Below are positions 41,190-52,061 of a stretch of DNA of 64,000 nt, in pieces. The DNA lies in the IMG/VR virus record IMGVR_UViG_3300042275_000518, positions 1 to 64,000 of that record; one strand, given 5' to 3'. Below the pieces are notes generated by a model. It had not been told where the DNA came from, did not search any database, and was given only the letters and a program-made list of their open reading frames with translations. Numbering within the stretch: the first letter of the stretch is position 1; every line of letters starts with the position of its first letter. The position numbers and the translations under genes were made by a program. This stretch comes from a virus (lineage: Duplodnaviria; Caudoviricetes).

Positions 41190-41318
41190 TCCTTATACTA
41201 TCACAAAACGCATATTTTGGCCTGCGAAGTTTCTCGACGGAACTTCGCGGTAAATATATGCGTTTAAAATTTTTTTAAGCGCATAATTTTAGCGTAACAC
41301 TAAAATGGTCTATAAGGA
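41190..41318 (-). ncRNA. Retron-like (msr-msd) unit 1
   Basis: TCCTTATA-G...G-TATAAGGA terminal IR; TTTTAGTG-TTA-CGCTAAAA hairpin; AAACGCATAT/ATATGCGTTT plus GCGAAGTT/AACTTCGC hairpin capped by CCGTCGAGA. Confidence 0.6.
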
Positions 41319-41323
41319 TTTAA

Positions 41324-41854
41324 TTAGCAGCGGTCATGTTCTGCATAAAATCTTGCCAATGTAAATAGATAATCAGACAAACGATTTAAGAACTCTAAAA
41401 TATTAGGTTGCTTAACCATAAGTGACTTTCCGTCCTGTGAATAACACTGTTTAATAAACTCCCTCTCAAGTTTTCTAACAGTTGTTCGAGCTAAATGCAA
41501 TTGAGCGGCAATTGGGTGTCCAATAGGAAGAATAAAATGGCCTAGCGGGTCTAAAAGAACATCAATTTCATCTATCCATTTTTCCATTCTTTGAACTAGC
41601 ATGTTGTCTGCTAAGTCTTCTTTCTTATATAGACTTGCTGAAATTTTATAGAAGTGTCTCATAACTTCTTCTAGCTGTCTTTTGAAAAATACTGCTTCTG
41701 GTGATATCATTTCATAGATAACTCCCAGCATTGCTTGCGCCTCATCAATAGTCCCGAATAATGTGAAAATTGGGTCTGATTTCAATTTTCTTCCATCTGG
41801 ACTCTGACTAAAACCTTCATCGCCTGTTTTTGTGTAAATTTTGGCTTTGCTCAT
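41324..41854 (-). CDS. pduO: ATP:cob(I)alamin adenosyltransferase, PduO type
   Basis: KIYTKTGDEG, GTIDEA, FILPIG, LHLARTTVRKLER, FLNRLSDYLFTLAR. Confidence 0.92.
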   Translation of the reverse strand: MSKAKIYTKTGDEGFSQSPDGRKLKSDPIFTLFGTIDEAQAMLGVIYEMISPEAVFFKRQLEEVMRHFYKISASLYKKEDLADNMLVQRMEKWIDEIDVLLDPLGHFILPIGHPIAAQLHLARTTVRKLEREFIKQCYSQDGKSLMVKQPNILEFLNRLSDYLFTLARFYAEHDRC

Positions 41855-41863
41855 AATTCCCCC

Positions 41864-44800
41864 TTATTGTAATTTAGCCCATAATTTTAAATCTTCTGAT
41901 GCTTTTTTGTTTAATTCAGTTAACCTGACTATTCTTTCAGGCCACCAATTTGTTTTGTCATCACTATTTTGAATATAGTCCAATATATCTACATCCACTT
42001 TGCACTTCACTAATAGATAGTCTGCTATTGAGAATATCTCTCCAGTGCTTGTGTTAAATGATATAATATCAAAGATATTAATATCTTCTTTTACTATTTT
42101 ATCAGCTATTTGTTTCCTGGTCCAACTGAATCTAGGTCTATCAGTATTACGATAGTGAAATCTTATATTATACGAATCTTTATATTCGAGAAAGTCTGTG
42201 AAACTTCTCAAATGCCCATAAAAACTTGAAGGCTTGGCTCTCAATAGTTTTAATATTTCTTCTTTATAATATTGATAGTTATCCATTATTCAAGATCCCC
42301 GTTATTAAGTTTATATAATAGAATGATAGCATCATCATCCATCCCATTTACAACATCTTGCTTGATATATTTTGAAGTTAGTGCTTTATGGTCACCTGTT
42401 AAAAATTTAACAAGTGCCTTTTGACCTTTATGTTGTATGATAGCGTAGTCGCTATATTTCTTCTTTCTATTTTTCAACAATTCGTCATCGGTGCTTTGTC
42501 GTATAAGTCTCAATTTTTTATCTGCATAATATCCAGTTTTTAACTCATATTTTCTAGACTTAAAATAAAACTCAACTTCGATAAATCTATAATTTCTTTC
42601 AAACGATAGTCTATTTCCCCATCTTTTGTCTGTTTCAACAATACGTATATTGTCGTAAAAAGATGTCTTACTGAATAGATACTCTAATGTGCTTTTCTTA
42701 GCCGTCTTTTCGTCACTAGAATTTAAAACTTCAAAGTAGTGATTTTTAATCTCATCTGAAAAGAATATCTCATTAATTTCTTCATGAAACAGTTTTCGTT
42801 CTTTTGGTGTAAACTCATTTTTATTTGCCATACTTAACCTCCTCTATTTTATAATATATTTTCATTTTATTATTTATAGAGTTTCATCAATAATTTTAAC
42901 TCTTCATTTCCCTTTTTTCGTAGGTCTAATCCTTTGAAGCGGATACGCTCTCTATCTTGACTACCCCGTCTTAGATAATAATAATTGAAAGCTTTATAGA
43001 AACTATCATAATTCTCTAATATATAGCCTAAATCCAATTCAAAATTAACTGCCATCATTTTAAGTAGAGATAACTTTTCAAACTCAGTGTCGTCACTAAG
43101 TCCCTCGTCATCATATCTTTGCACACGCTCTTTTATTTTCTCTATAATGAAACTATCCTTAGAATCTACTTGTCGTTTTATGACTTGATAAAATTGCAAA
43201 GAGTCAATCTTGTTTGCAATAGCCAGCTCAGTCAATTTATGAATGAAACTTGTTTCTAAATCTTTTCTGTTAAAGACATAAGTTCCAAGTTCACTGAAAA
43301 GAGCCGCTCCCTTATACTTATAAATATTTACTTCGCCGCTATATTTATAATAACTTATTGACATATCTTTGTTATAGTTTTTAATAGATTCTTTTAATAA
43401 GTTTTCTATAAAACCTAGCGATAACTCTTCTAGATTGTTTTTTACTACTTTTAACAGGTCTAGGTGTTCCCTGTATTTCTTGATAAATTCTTCTGAGAGC
43501 TTCTTATTAGAAACCTTGTGCCAGAAATTTTTATCTATATTCTCCTCAAATATATTGAGAAATTTTTTCTCTATCTTCATTATTTGCCACCTATATATTT
43601 TATAAGGAGTTTCGCTTCCACAGGTGTGCTTTGCATTCTGCCACCTTCTCTGTCTCCTGCTGACACTGAGATACCTTGTGATGCAGCTGACATTTGAACA
43701 TCTAAAACTGAACCACCTTCATTTTCAAGCTTATTCAGAAAAGAATCTAGTTCATACTCACTAATAATTTTATATTTTATTTGCCCTGACAGATTATTTA
43801 AATTAGCATACAGAAGAATTTCTTCTATAAGTTCTATCTGCCCTTGACTATGAAGAGAACCTTCATTTTCAAGTTCTTCTTTCTTCATCTGCAGGTACTT
43901 TACTAAGTTCATTTTTTCGCGTTTTTCCTTTCTATGTTGTTGTATTCGTATCCTTTTAATACTAAAAATAATTTAACTGATTCATCTAGATTTTCCTCAG
44001 TTGCCCAAGGATTGAGTTCTAAATTTATAACAGAAAGGGGATTGAATCTCTCAACGAGTTTCAATCCCTTATTAACCCTCATATAATTATTAAAACCCTC
44101 ATGCATTCTGAGACATGCATCTTCAATAGCTTCAAAGTTCTCTATGAAGTACTCAGGAGTTATAGATGTTTTGGTTATATCATCATAATAATCTCTGAAA
44201 TCTTTCATTTAGAACTCTTCTTCACTATAAAATTCTTCTTTTACTTCATCTGTTAAATTTTCTTTTGAAATTGATATAACCAGATTTCCTTCTTTGTCTA
44301 TCTTGGTTAACTGTCTTGAATTTTGTCCAAATGGCTCATCATCGTCATTCCAGTCTAAATGAAAATGCTCAGTTGTTTCATCTTCATAATAAAAGGTTAC
44401 TTGAGTTAAATCTTGGAAATTTAATACTCTGTCCTTTACAAATAAGTCTTTGTTATCTTCATAAATATCAAACTCAGTCTTAGCATTTTCTAGATATTTA
44501 CTAGAAATAACAAAATTAGCGTTTTCTGCATGAATGAATGTTTGCATTCTTGAATCAAAATTCATAAATTTTTCTGTACTGAAACCTCCCGCTGATACTA
44601 ACAAAACATACTCAGCTGGTACCGTGAAACCGTCACAGTTTTCTAATGCAAAATCTATTTTTACTAATCTTTTATACATGTTCTCCTCCTAAATATCTTT
44701 CCAGATGATGTCTATTTCTTCAATAGTTTCATGAATAAACATCTCTATATCATACTTTGCCTCTTCCATTGTGTCAAAAGCATAATCTTTGACAGCCTCT

Positions 44801-45535
44801 GGTGCCCAAGCATAAGTCTCTTCATCTGCAAATTTTTCCAGATTTTCTAGTTCTCCAAGGAGTATAACTGCGTCTAAATCTTCTAAATAACTTACTATTG
44901 TTAGATTATGACGTTTAGCTGATTCATTCCAGCTGTCAAAACCTCTTTTACCGTTGTCGGCAATTACTCCAAAGTATTTCATTATTCTTTCCACCTCTAA
45001 TGTAAATCTAATGTCAATTTTCTAATTCTATAATAAGCTTCATGCCCACGTTTTTTATTATTTATTTTCAGTTCTTTAACTCTTTTTTGTGCCAAAGGTT
45101 TAGTTGAATATCCTTCAACTATTTTATCAGTTTGATATTTTCCACCATCGAAATAAGTTTTTAATATAATAAATACTTCCATTATTCTTCCCCTTCGTAT
45201 AATTCAATAATTTCTAAAATATTGAGCATATCAGTATCTGGTTCTAAATTGTATTCTTTTATGAATTCATCGGTTATCCACACAAAATCTATTTCATTTG
45301 CATGTTTAATAATAAATTCTTTACTGTCAAGAACTTTTTGCTTATTATTTAATATATAATACGAGTAAATATCTAGATTTTCTAGTGGAAGTATTTCTTC
45401 AAATGTTAGTGTGTCTAATAATTTTTGGAATTTTTCATCCCGACACATTTCAGAGACAACATCCCAATAATCGTCACAATCTAAATTTTTAGAGAATTGT
45501 TTTAATATAAATTCTAATAATTCTGCAGTGTTCAT
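41864..45535 (-). CDS. Cluster of nine small hypothetical early proteins (41864-42286, 42286-42831, 42870-43580, 43580-43912, 43909-44208, 44209-44679, 44689-44994, 44997-45182, 45182-45535)
   Basis: Abutting ORFs with RBSs; several end in a degenerate D/E..L..KL tag; 42870-43580 has a Trp-repeat-like N-terminus. Confidence 0.6.
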
Positions 45536-45753
45536 AATTTCCTCCTTTTTTAAAAGAAGACAACTCTTAATTGAGTTATCTTTATTTTTTACTGAAATGA
45601 ACTGACCTTGAAAGTCACTATATCGTTTATTTGCATATTCATTAAACCATAAAATGGCGTCTTTGTCATTTTCATCTTATTTATTCCCCTTCTTGTATTT
45701 TATATAAATTTTAATTATTTTCAAATTAAAGACCCAGATTTCTCTGGGTCATT

Positions 45754-46626
45754 TTATTTCTCAAACAAAGGCACTACCTTAATATCGTTTAATTTCAATA
45801 GCAGCGCAATAGTTTCGTTCTTCATTTCTATTTCCAAAAAGTCACAGTCCTTCATTCTCTCATTCATTCTCAGATAATGAAAATTTATCTTGAAAAGATT
45901 TTGTATAAAGAACTCTTCTGAAAACTCTTGATACTTTGATATATTATCCCACATATTCGACTTAAAACTCCCAGAATTTATAATAATATTTAACATATCC
46001 TCTGTAAGTTGTTTGCTAGTCAATATATAAGCTAAATCTAATTTATTAGAGAACTCTTTTAAAAGTTCCTCAGTAATTTCATTATTTTCGACATAAAATC
46101 TAGTAAATGATTGCCAATTAATTTTGTTAGAATATTTCCTTGCAAAGTCAAGCGTTATTATTTCTTTTTGCATGTCATAACTCCGATAACTATGAGGAAT
46201 AATTCGCCAGTTTAGATAATCTTCATACTTCTCAATTAAGTCAACTGTTATATTTTTTAATCCTATATAATCTCTGCCTTTTAAGAAGGATATTACATCA
46301 TTTTTCTTAAACAATTTTTCAAGTTGCTCACCTGTTAAAAGAATATTAAATATAGTATATAGTCCAATCTTTTTACGATTTTCAACTATGAAATCAAATT
46401 CCTTATTGAAAAATTGTTCGCCTTCATATGAACTAAAGAAACTGCTCCAATGTATGTGTTCCGCAATTTTCTTAATTTCACTGACAGGAAGCATTCCTAC
46501 TTTCCATGAAAGACTATAAAAGTCAAATCTATGTGGATACTTCAATATTAAATCCGCTCCATATTTAGGAGAAGATGTAAGACCTTTCAAACTAAGCAGT
46601 CTCTCTTCATTGTATTCTATTTTCAT
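45754..46626 (-). CDS. Tryptophan-repeat family protein
   Basis: Periodic I/L-x-W units with helical spacers (HIHWSSF, YLNWRII, KINWQSF, MWDNISKYQEFSEEF). Confidence 0.6.
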   Translation of the reverse strand: MKIEYNEERLLSLKGLTSSPKYGADLILKYPHRFDFYSLSWKVGMLPVSEIKKIAEHIHWSSFFSSYEGEQFFNKEFDFIVENRKKIGLYTIFNILLTGEQLEKLFKKNDVISFLKGRDYIGLKNITVDLIEKYEDYLNWRIIPHSYRSYDMQKEIITLDFARKYSNKINWQSFTRFYVENNEITEELLKEFSNKLDLAYILTSKQLTEDMLNIIINSGSFKSNMWDNISKYQEFSEEFFIQNLFKINFHYLRMNERMKDCDFLEIEMKNETIALLLKLNDIKVVPLFEK

Positions 46627-46627
46627 A

Positions 46628-49600
46628 TTATATACCCCCTGTTTGAAGATATTTATCTATCTTTTTCTTAATAGTACCGTACGTATTCTGTACGTTATGT
46701 CTAAATATAATCTTGTCATCTTGCTCATCATAAATATAATACTCAGACTTTTTTCCAAATACTTTTCCAGAAACGGGGCGGTCATTATGAAACACACCAT
46801 ACCAAAATCTCTTCTTGTGTATTAAATTCATAATATGTGCATTGACTGCCATATATGCTCTTAAATCTGACATTGCCATAATTTCTCTCCTTAATTTAGT
46901 ATCATGTATAAATCAATTGCATCATCATCCATATCATTAAATATACTAAAATCATTAATTCCAAACAATTTAGCATATATTGGGTCAGTTGAATAAACAC
47001 AAAAGCGTTGAATATCAGTTGGGTTCAATAAACCTCTTTGATATGCTCTAATCAGCGATTTATAGTCAGACAAAGCTTCAAGAATAGCAGCATAACTTCT
47101 GTTTTCCCTGAAACTTTGTATAATTTGTTCATCGCTATATTTTTTATACTTTTTAACCATACAAAACTTCTCCAAATAACGCATACTGAATAATCATATC
47201 ATGGTCAGCAGCATCCCAGTCGTCTGGGTCTAAGCTAATCGAATTATTATCCAATGCTAATTGAATTCCCTTTTTAATATCCTCTTTATATAATACTCTC
47301 ACATCGTCTTCATCAGTAATTTTTAGCCAGTCTCCTCTTTCGAGTAATTCGGTCAGTACTTCTTCAAATGCTGGGTCTTCTAATGATTCTTTGACTTCGA
47401 TATATCTATCTGCGTGCCAATCTAAAAGTTCAACCCAATATCCAGAATAGGAATAAAATCCTGACAAAATGCTTACTAAATCTTCTTTTGTAACTTCTGT
47501 TACTTCTGCTTTAAATTTCATAATTTCCTCCTAATTAAATCTCATCCATAACTCAAATGCTTCATCATCCATATCCATAAATACTTGTGGATATGATATA
47601 AATAGCTCACTAGTCATAGGTGCAAAACTACAATTTCTGAGATTATCTGCAGCAAATTTCATCATTTCACCTTGTACAGCAGTACTCATTTGAATAAAAT
47701 TTCTTCTTTTCTCTCGCTCAACAGACATAATAACTTGATTGTTATCTATATCTATTGCATAGTTGTATTTGTATTCTAAACCACTACGTTCAACTAGTGA
47801 TTTAACTCGTTCTAATAGTTTTTCTAAATCCATATATCCTCCTTAGAAATTTAACTTGAACCACAACAATGCGGCTTCATCGTCTTCAAATTCAGCTATA
47901 ATATCTAATACAAACTATACTCATAGCCAGCATCTCTTAGTCGACTCCACATAATATCTAATTCAACTTCTTTTTCGTTAACAAAGAATTTGTCATTTTC
48001 GATATCATATTTATGAACATAACTGTTTTTATAATCAGAACTATAAGTTGTTATAGAGTTATCATGAATTCTGAAAAAATCAACTAATCTTTTCTTTTTT
48101 CGTTCATATTCTTTCTGTTTTTCTTTTCGTTCTTCTAATATAAAAATCCCGTCTTCTAAACTTTCGAAATATTCATCATTTATAATAATTCCATTTTTAA
48201 CTTTTTGGATATTGTACTCTTCTAATAATCCCATGCCAGCTTTTAATAGATATTCTTTTACATATCTCTTAGAATCAGAAGAATGAATATTCAATTTATC
48301 TATTTCAGGCATTTCAATATATACATCATGTTCTCTCCAACGACCGTTATCGATTTCAATATAAAAATAGAAGTCTTTTCCATGTTCAACCAAAAATGAA
48401 AGAACGTTATTTTCGGAAAACTTCATTTCATAATATATACCATTCTTTTCAGCTGTTTCTATAACTCCTTCGAAATAGCCGTTAATAATCATTTGAACCG
48501 TTTCAACATCTTGTTTCAAAAGATTATTCAGAGCTAATAGGGAAAATAAATTCTCAAAATCGGTTTCTTCAATATTAGAAATTTTGTAAGTTCTGTCACT
48601 TTGTTCTTCTATTCTACAAATTATATATTTTGACCTCGTATAGTAAAAACCATTAGTTTCACTTATAATATATAACTCATTACTTCTCATAGAATTTGTT
48701 ATAGTTCCTCGTTTACAAGAGCAATATTCTAATAGTTTGCCTATTTTTAATTCGCTTTCTCGTTCTTCTGTTATATGGTATAATTTACCATATTCGTTTC
48801 TTGTCATTCTTTCACCTTCTTAATTTCCATAATTTAGTTTAAACCATAAATCAAATGCTTCATCATCCATATACATAGTCTGAACAAATTCAGCAGGTAA
48901 ATATCCTTCAAATAAATCTTTATTAAAAATTATAGTTTCAGCAAGTATGTCTATGAATATGTCATCTTCATAACTCATAAACATTGAAAAGCCTTCACCA
49001 TCTTTGTAATACTCATGATGTGATGAAAATAACGTAGAAAATCTCTCGCTAATAAAATAATGAAGATCTAGATAGTCTATTTTCATTCCTTTAACATCTG
49101 AATAGGGGAATATTGATATTCGTTCATTATCCATCTCAACGTCTACAGTAATATCTGGTAGACTCTTTCTTTCTAGAAACACATCCATTATTTTATAACT
49201 TAGTCGCACAACATGTTCTATTACCATTTTTTCTGTTATTATTCCCATATTACCCTCCATAATTCAATTTAAACCACAATAAAGCATCTTCATCGTCGTT
49301 AAATTCTTTTATTTCTTTCTTTAAATCTTCGGCAAATAAGAATGCCATATATTCCTTTTCTTCTATATCTTCATCATCTTTATAAATATATTTATCGATG
49401 GAAACTGAGTAAAAACCCATTGATGATAACACTGCATCATATCCGTTCTTGTCCATTTTAACTCTCACAAGATTTCTACCTCGTTTATCATCATAAATGA
49501 TTGTAAAATATTTTGGCACTGTTATTGCCTCCTTCCTAATAGTTCAATTTAAACCATAATAATGCAGTTTCATCATCTGGAAATTTTATTGTTTCTACGA

Positions 49601-51006
49601 AAATTGTACTTATTGTTGCTTCCCCATGCATTAAAGAGAGAGTGCTACAATTTTTTCCAGTTGGTATTACTTTATAAAGGCTATAACTTTTAGAAGAATT
49701 ATTATCAATATTTTCTCCTACTCGATATATATTCATATATTCCTCCCTAATAGTTCAATTTAAACCATAGTATTGCATCTTCATCATCTTCAAATTCTAT
49801 TAATTTATCTTCACATTCTGATTCGAATATCAAGCCTACAAAATAAGGATCATCGGTAGAATCTGATTTCCACTTCCAAGAAATAGAATCTTCATTTCTT
49901 GTTTTGCGAATTTTTATAGGAATGTCTTTTTTAGGTACATTCGCTATTAAAAATTTTTTAAGTCTTATTAATTTATTGTCATCATCGATTTCTAGTATAT
50001 CTTGGTCTATTGCAAATAGAATGAAATAATCTCCAAGTTCATCACTAAAATGTCCTACATAATAAGTTTGCATATTTCCTCCTTAGAATCTTAATTTAAA
50101 CCATAATTCAAAAGCTTCGTCATCCATATCAATAGTATTATGAAATAAAAATTTCTTAAAATTTGCAGCCTCTTGATACAGATTTCTCATAATATTAACA
50201 CTAATATTTCGTATAAATCCGTTCGTAAATTCAACTTTTATCAGTTCACCATATACGTTATTTATGTATTCTTCTACTTTTTCAAAATCTATTTCTAAAA
50301 AATCATAATTTGTTGTAAGTATAGCTCTAACATACTTCTCATTGAAAGAATATCTCACTTCTAAATTTTTAGATAGTGCATCATCATATTTAAATATCAA
50401 TTTAAATATTCGCTCAACATGATTCTTTATTTTCTCATCTTTTGGTCTCATATTATCAACTCTTTCTTAATAAAGTAAGAGGGAGAAATTCTCCCTCTTT
50501 TAATTTAGTTATTCTTCTTTAATCTTTTGTAAATCATTCATCATCTTAAAAATAGCTGTTGCTTCCCAAAGTTCTAATCCAAGTCTATGTTTTATATTAA
50601 GTTCAGAGCGTGAATCCCAGATGATTTCTTCATCATCAAAGAGTGCTTCTCCTTTTTCAATTTCTTCCAAAGTATCCTCATAAAATTTGATTAGTTCATC
50701 TGTTTCTAATGGCATACATGCTCTTCCACATCGATATTGAATCGGATAGTCTGAGAATTCCTTAATTCTTGCATGATTTAAAAGTTCTTCTAATCTTACA
50801 ATAACCCATTTATATTCTTTGAAAATCTGCCTCCAATTATTTTGATGTAAAACGATTTTTCCATAAGAGTTATTTTTAAGTGCTTCATGTTCAAAGTCTT
50901 TATATTCTTTGTCATTCCATGAAGTTCCATGACCATGAATTGCCTCATATTCTTTTCTTACTTCTGATTCACTTCTACCTTTATAATATTCTACTGTTAT
51001 AGACAT
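46628..51006 (-). CDS. Cluster of eleven hypothetical early proteins (46628-46879, 46891-47160, 47153-47521, 47531-47833, 47905-48807, 48820-49248, 49250-49519, 49536-49736, 49747-50073, 50083-50451, 50509-51006)
   Basis: Abutting ORFs with GGAGG RBSs; most end in the shared DDE..LWFKLN(Y/F) peptide. Confidence 0.7.
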
Positions 51007-52061
51007 TATATCTTCTCAGGCACCTCTCTTTTCTTAAATTTCACATCTTTAAGTTTCTCAACTGAGTCTGCCATAATAATACAACCATGGCCAATCAAGT
51101 TGATAACTTCAAAATCTGTTTTCCAATTTCCAATGACAGACAGAATTTCCTGAACTTCTTCTAATCCACCACATGGCACGTTATTTTCTGTATAAGTTGC
51201 AGTTTCTGCATATACATGAGCGTGGACCATATAGTTGATATTTGGAAGTGCCTGATAAAGTCTTAATTGAATTGGTGTATCGACAGATGGCTTGTTATCG
51301 GAATAATACACAATATGGCCATCATCTGTTATTTTAGTTGGCACGAAACCTTCGGGTCTAATGTATCTTTTGTCAATATTTCTTTGAGAAACATAGACTA
51401 AGCCATTGTGACGAAAGCTTGGAAAACCTTTTGAGCATCTGAAAGAACTATTTCCTAAGAAGCGAGTGGTTGGCGCTGGGTTCACTAATTCATGGAAGAC
51501 CTCAGCTGTTCCCTTAACATAATCAAAGAACTCTTCTTCATTTGGAACTTCATATCTTTCTTTTCCTTGTATAGTTCCCTGACGAGATACTTTTGAAAGG
51601 AAGCTTGCTCTTTTCATTAGAACCTGAACCATTTCTGCAATGTCAGTTCCTTTATAATAATAATTTGCGAGTGGATCGAATATCATCATTTCATAAGGCT
51701 TCTCTAATGTATTGAATTCTATTGTAAGATTTGCCTTTAAATCCAAAGCGTGTTTAACTAGCTCCATGAAACTGTATCGTCCATTATTGACTTTTGAAGT
51801 TATAAATATACAACGTGGGTTATAGAATTTGATGTCACGATATTTTTCTTCTTCATTACCTACATTAGGAAACCACATAACGACGTCATAATCCACAGTT
51901 TCTTCGATATAGTTTTCTAGCTCATCAAATTGACCGCCATTGTGCATATCTACTTTATCTATTTCTTCACTTTTAATAATTTCCTCATACATTTTTGTAA
52001 TAAGACTTGATGGTTTCCCACCGTCTCTACTGTATGTTCCACCTACCAATAATATTCTCAT
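51006..52061 (-). CDS. Protein with C-terminal class II aldolase/adducin-like domain
   Basis: GNSSFRC, KPSVDTPIQLRLY, YMVHAHVY, LIGHGCII. Confidence 0.65.
   Translation of the reverse strand: MRILLVGGTYSRDGGKPSSLITKMYEEIIKSEEIDKVDMHNGGQFDELENYIEETVDYDVVMWFPNVGNEEEKYRDIKFYNPRCIFITSKVNNGRYSFMELVKHALDLKANLTIEFNTLEKPYEMMIFDPLANYYYKGTDIAEMVQVLMKRASFLSKVSRQGTIQGKERYEVPNEEEFFDYVKGTAEVFHELVNPAPTTRFLGNSSFRCSKGFPSFRHNGLVYVSQRNIDKRYIRPEGFVPTKITDDGHIVYYSDNKPSVDTPIQLRLYQALPNINYMVHAHVYAETATYTENNVPCGGLEEVQEILSVIGNWKTDFEVINLIGHGCIIMADSVEKLKDVKFKKREVPEKI

Noticed and set aside
40884-41318. CRISPR array or TIGR array
   Set aside because: The conserved core is only about 13 nt, units are 129-186 nt and self-complementary throughout, there are no box C/D motifs, and no cas or tas gene is recognisable.
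40884-41318. Cobalamin or purine riboswitches regulating pduO or gmk
   Set aside because: No B12-box or purine-aptamer core seen; the units lie downstream of pduO; a fourth copy sits before a terminator with no downstream gene.
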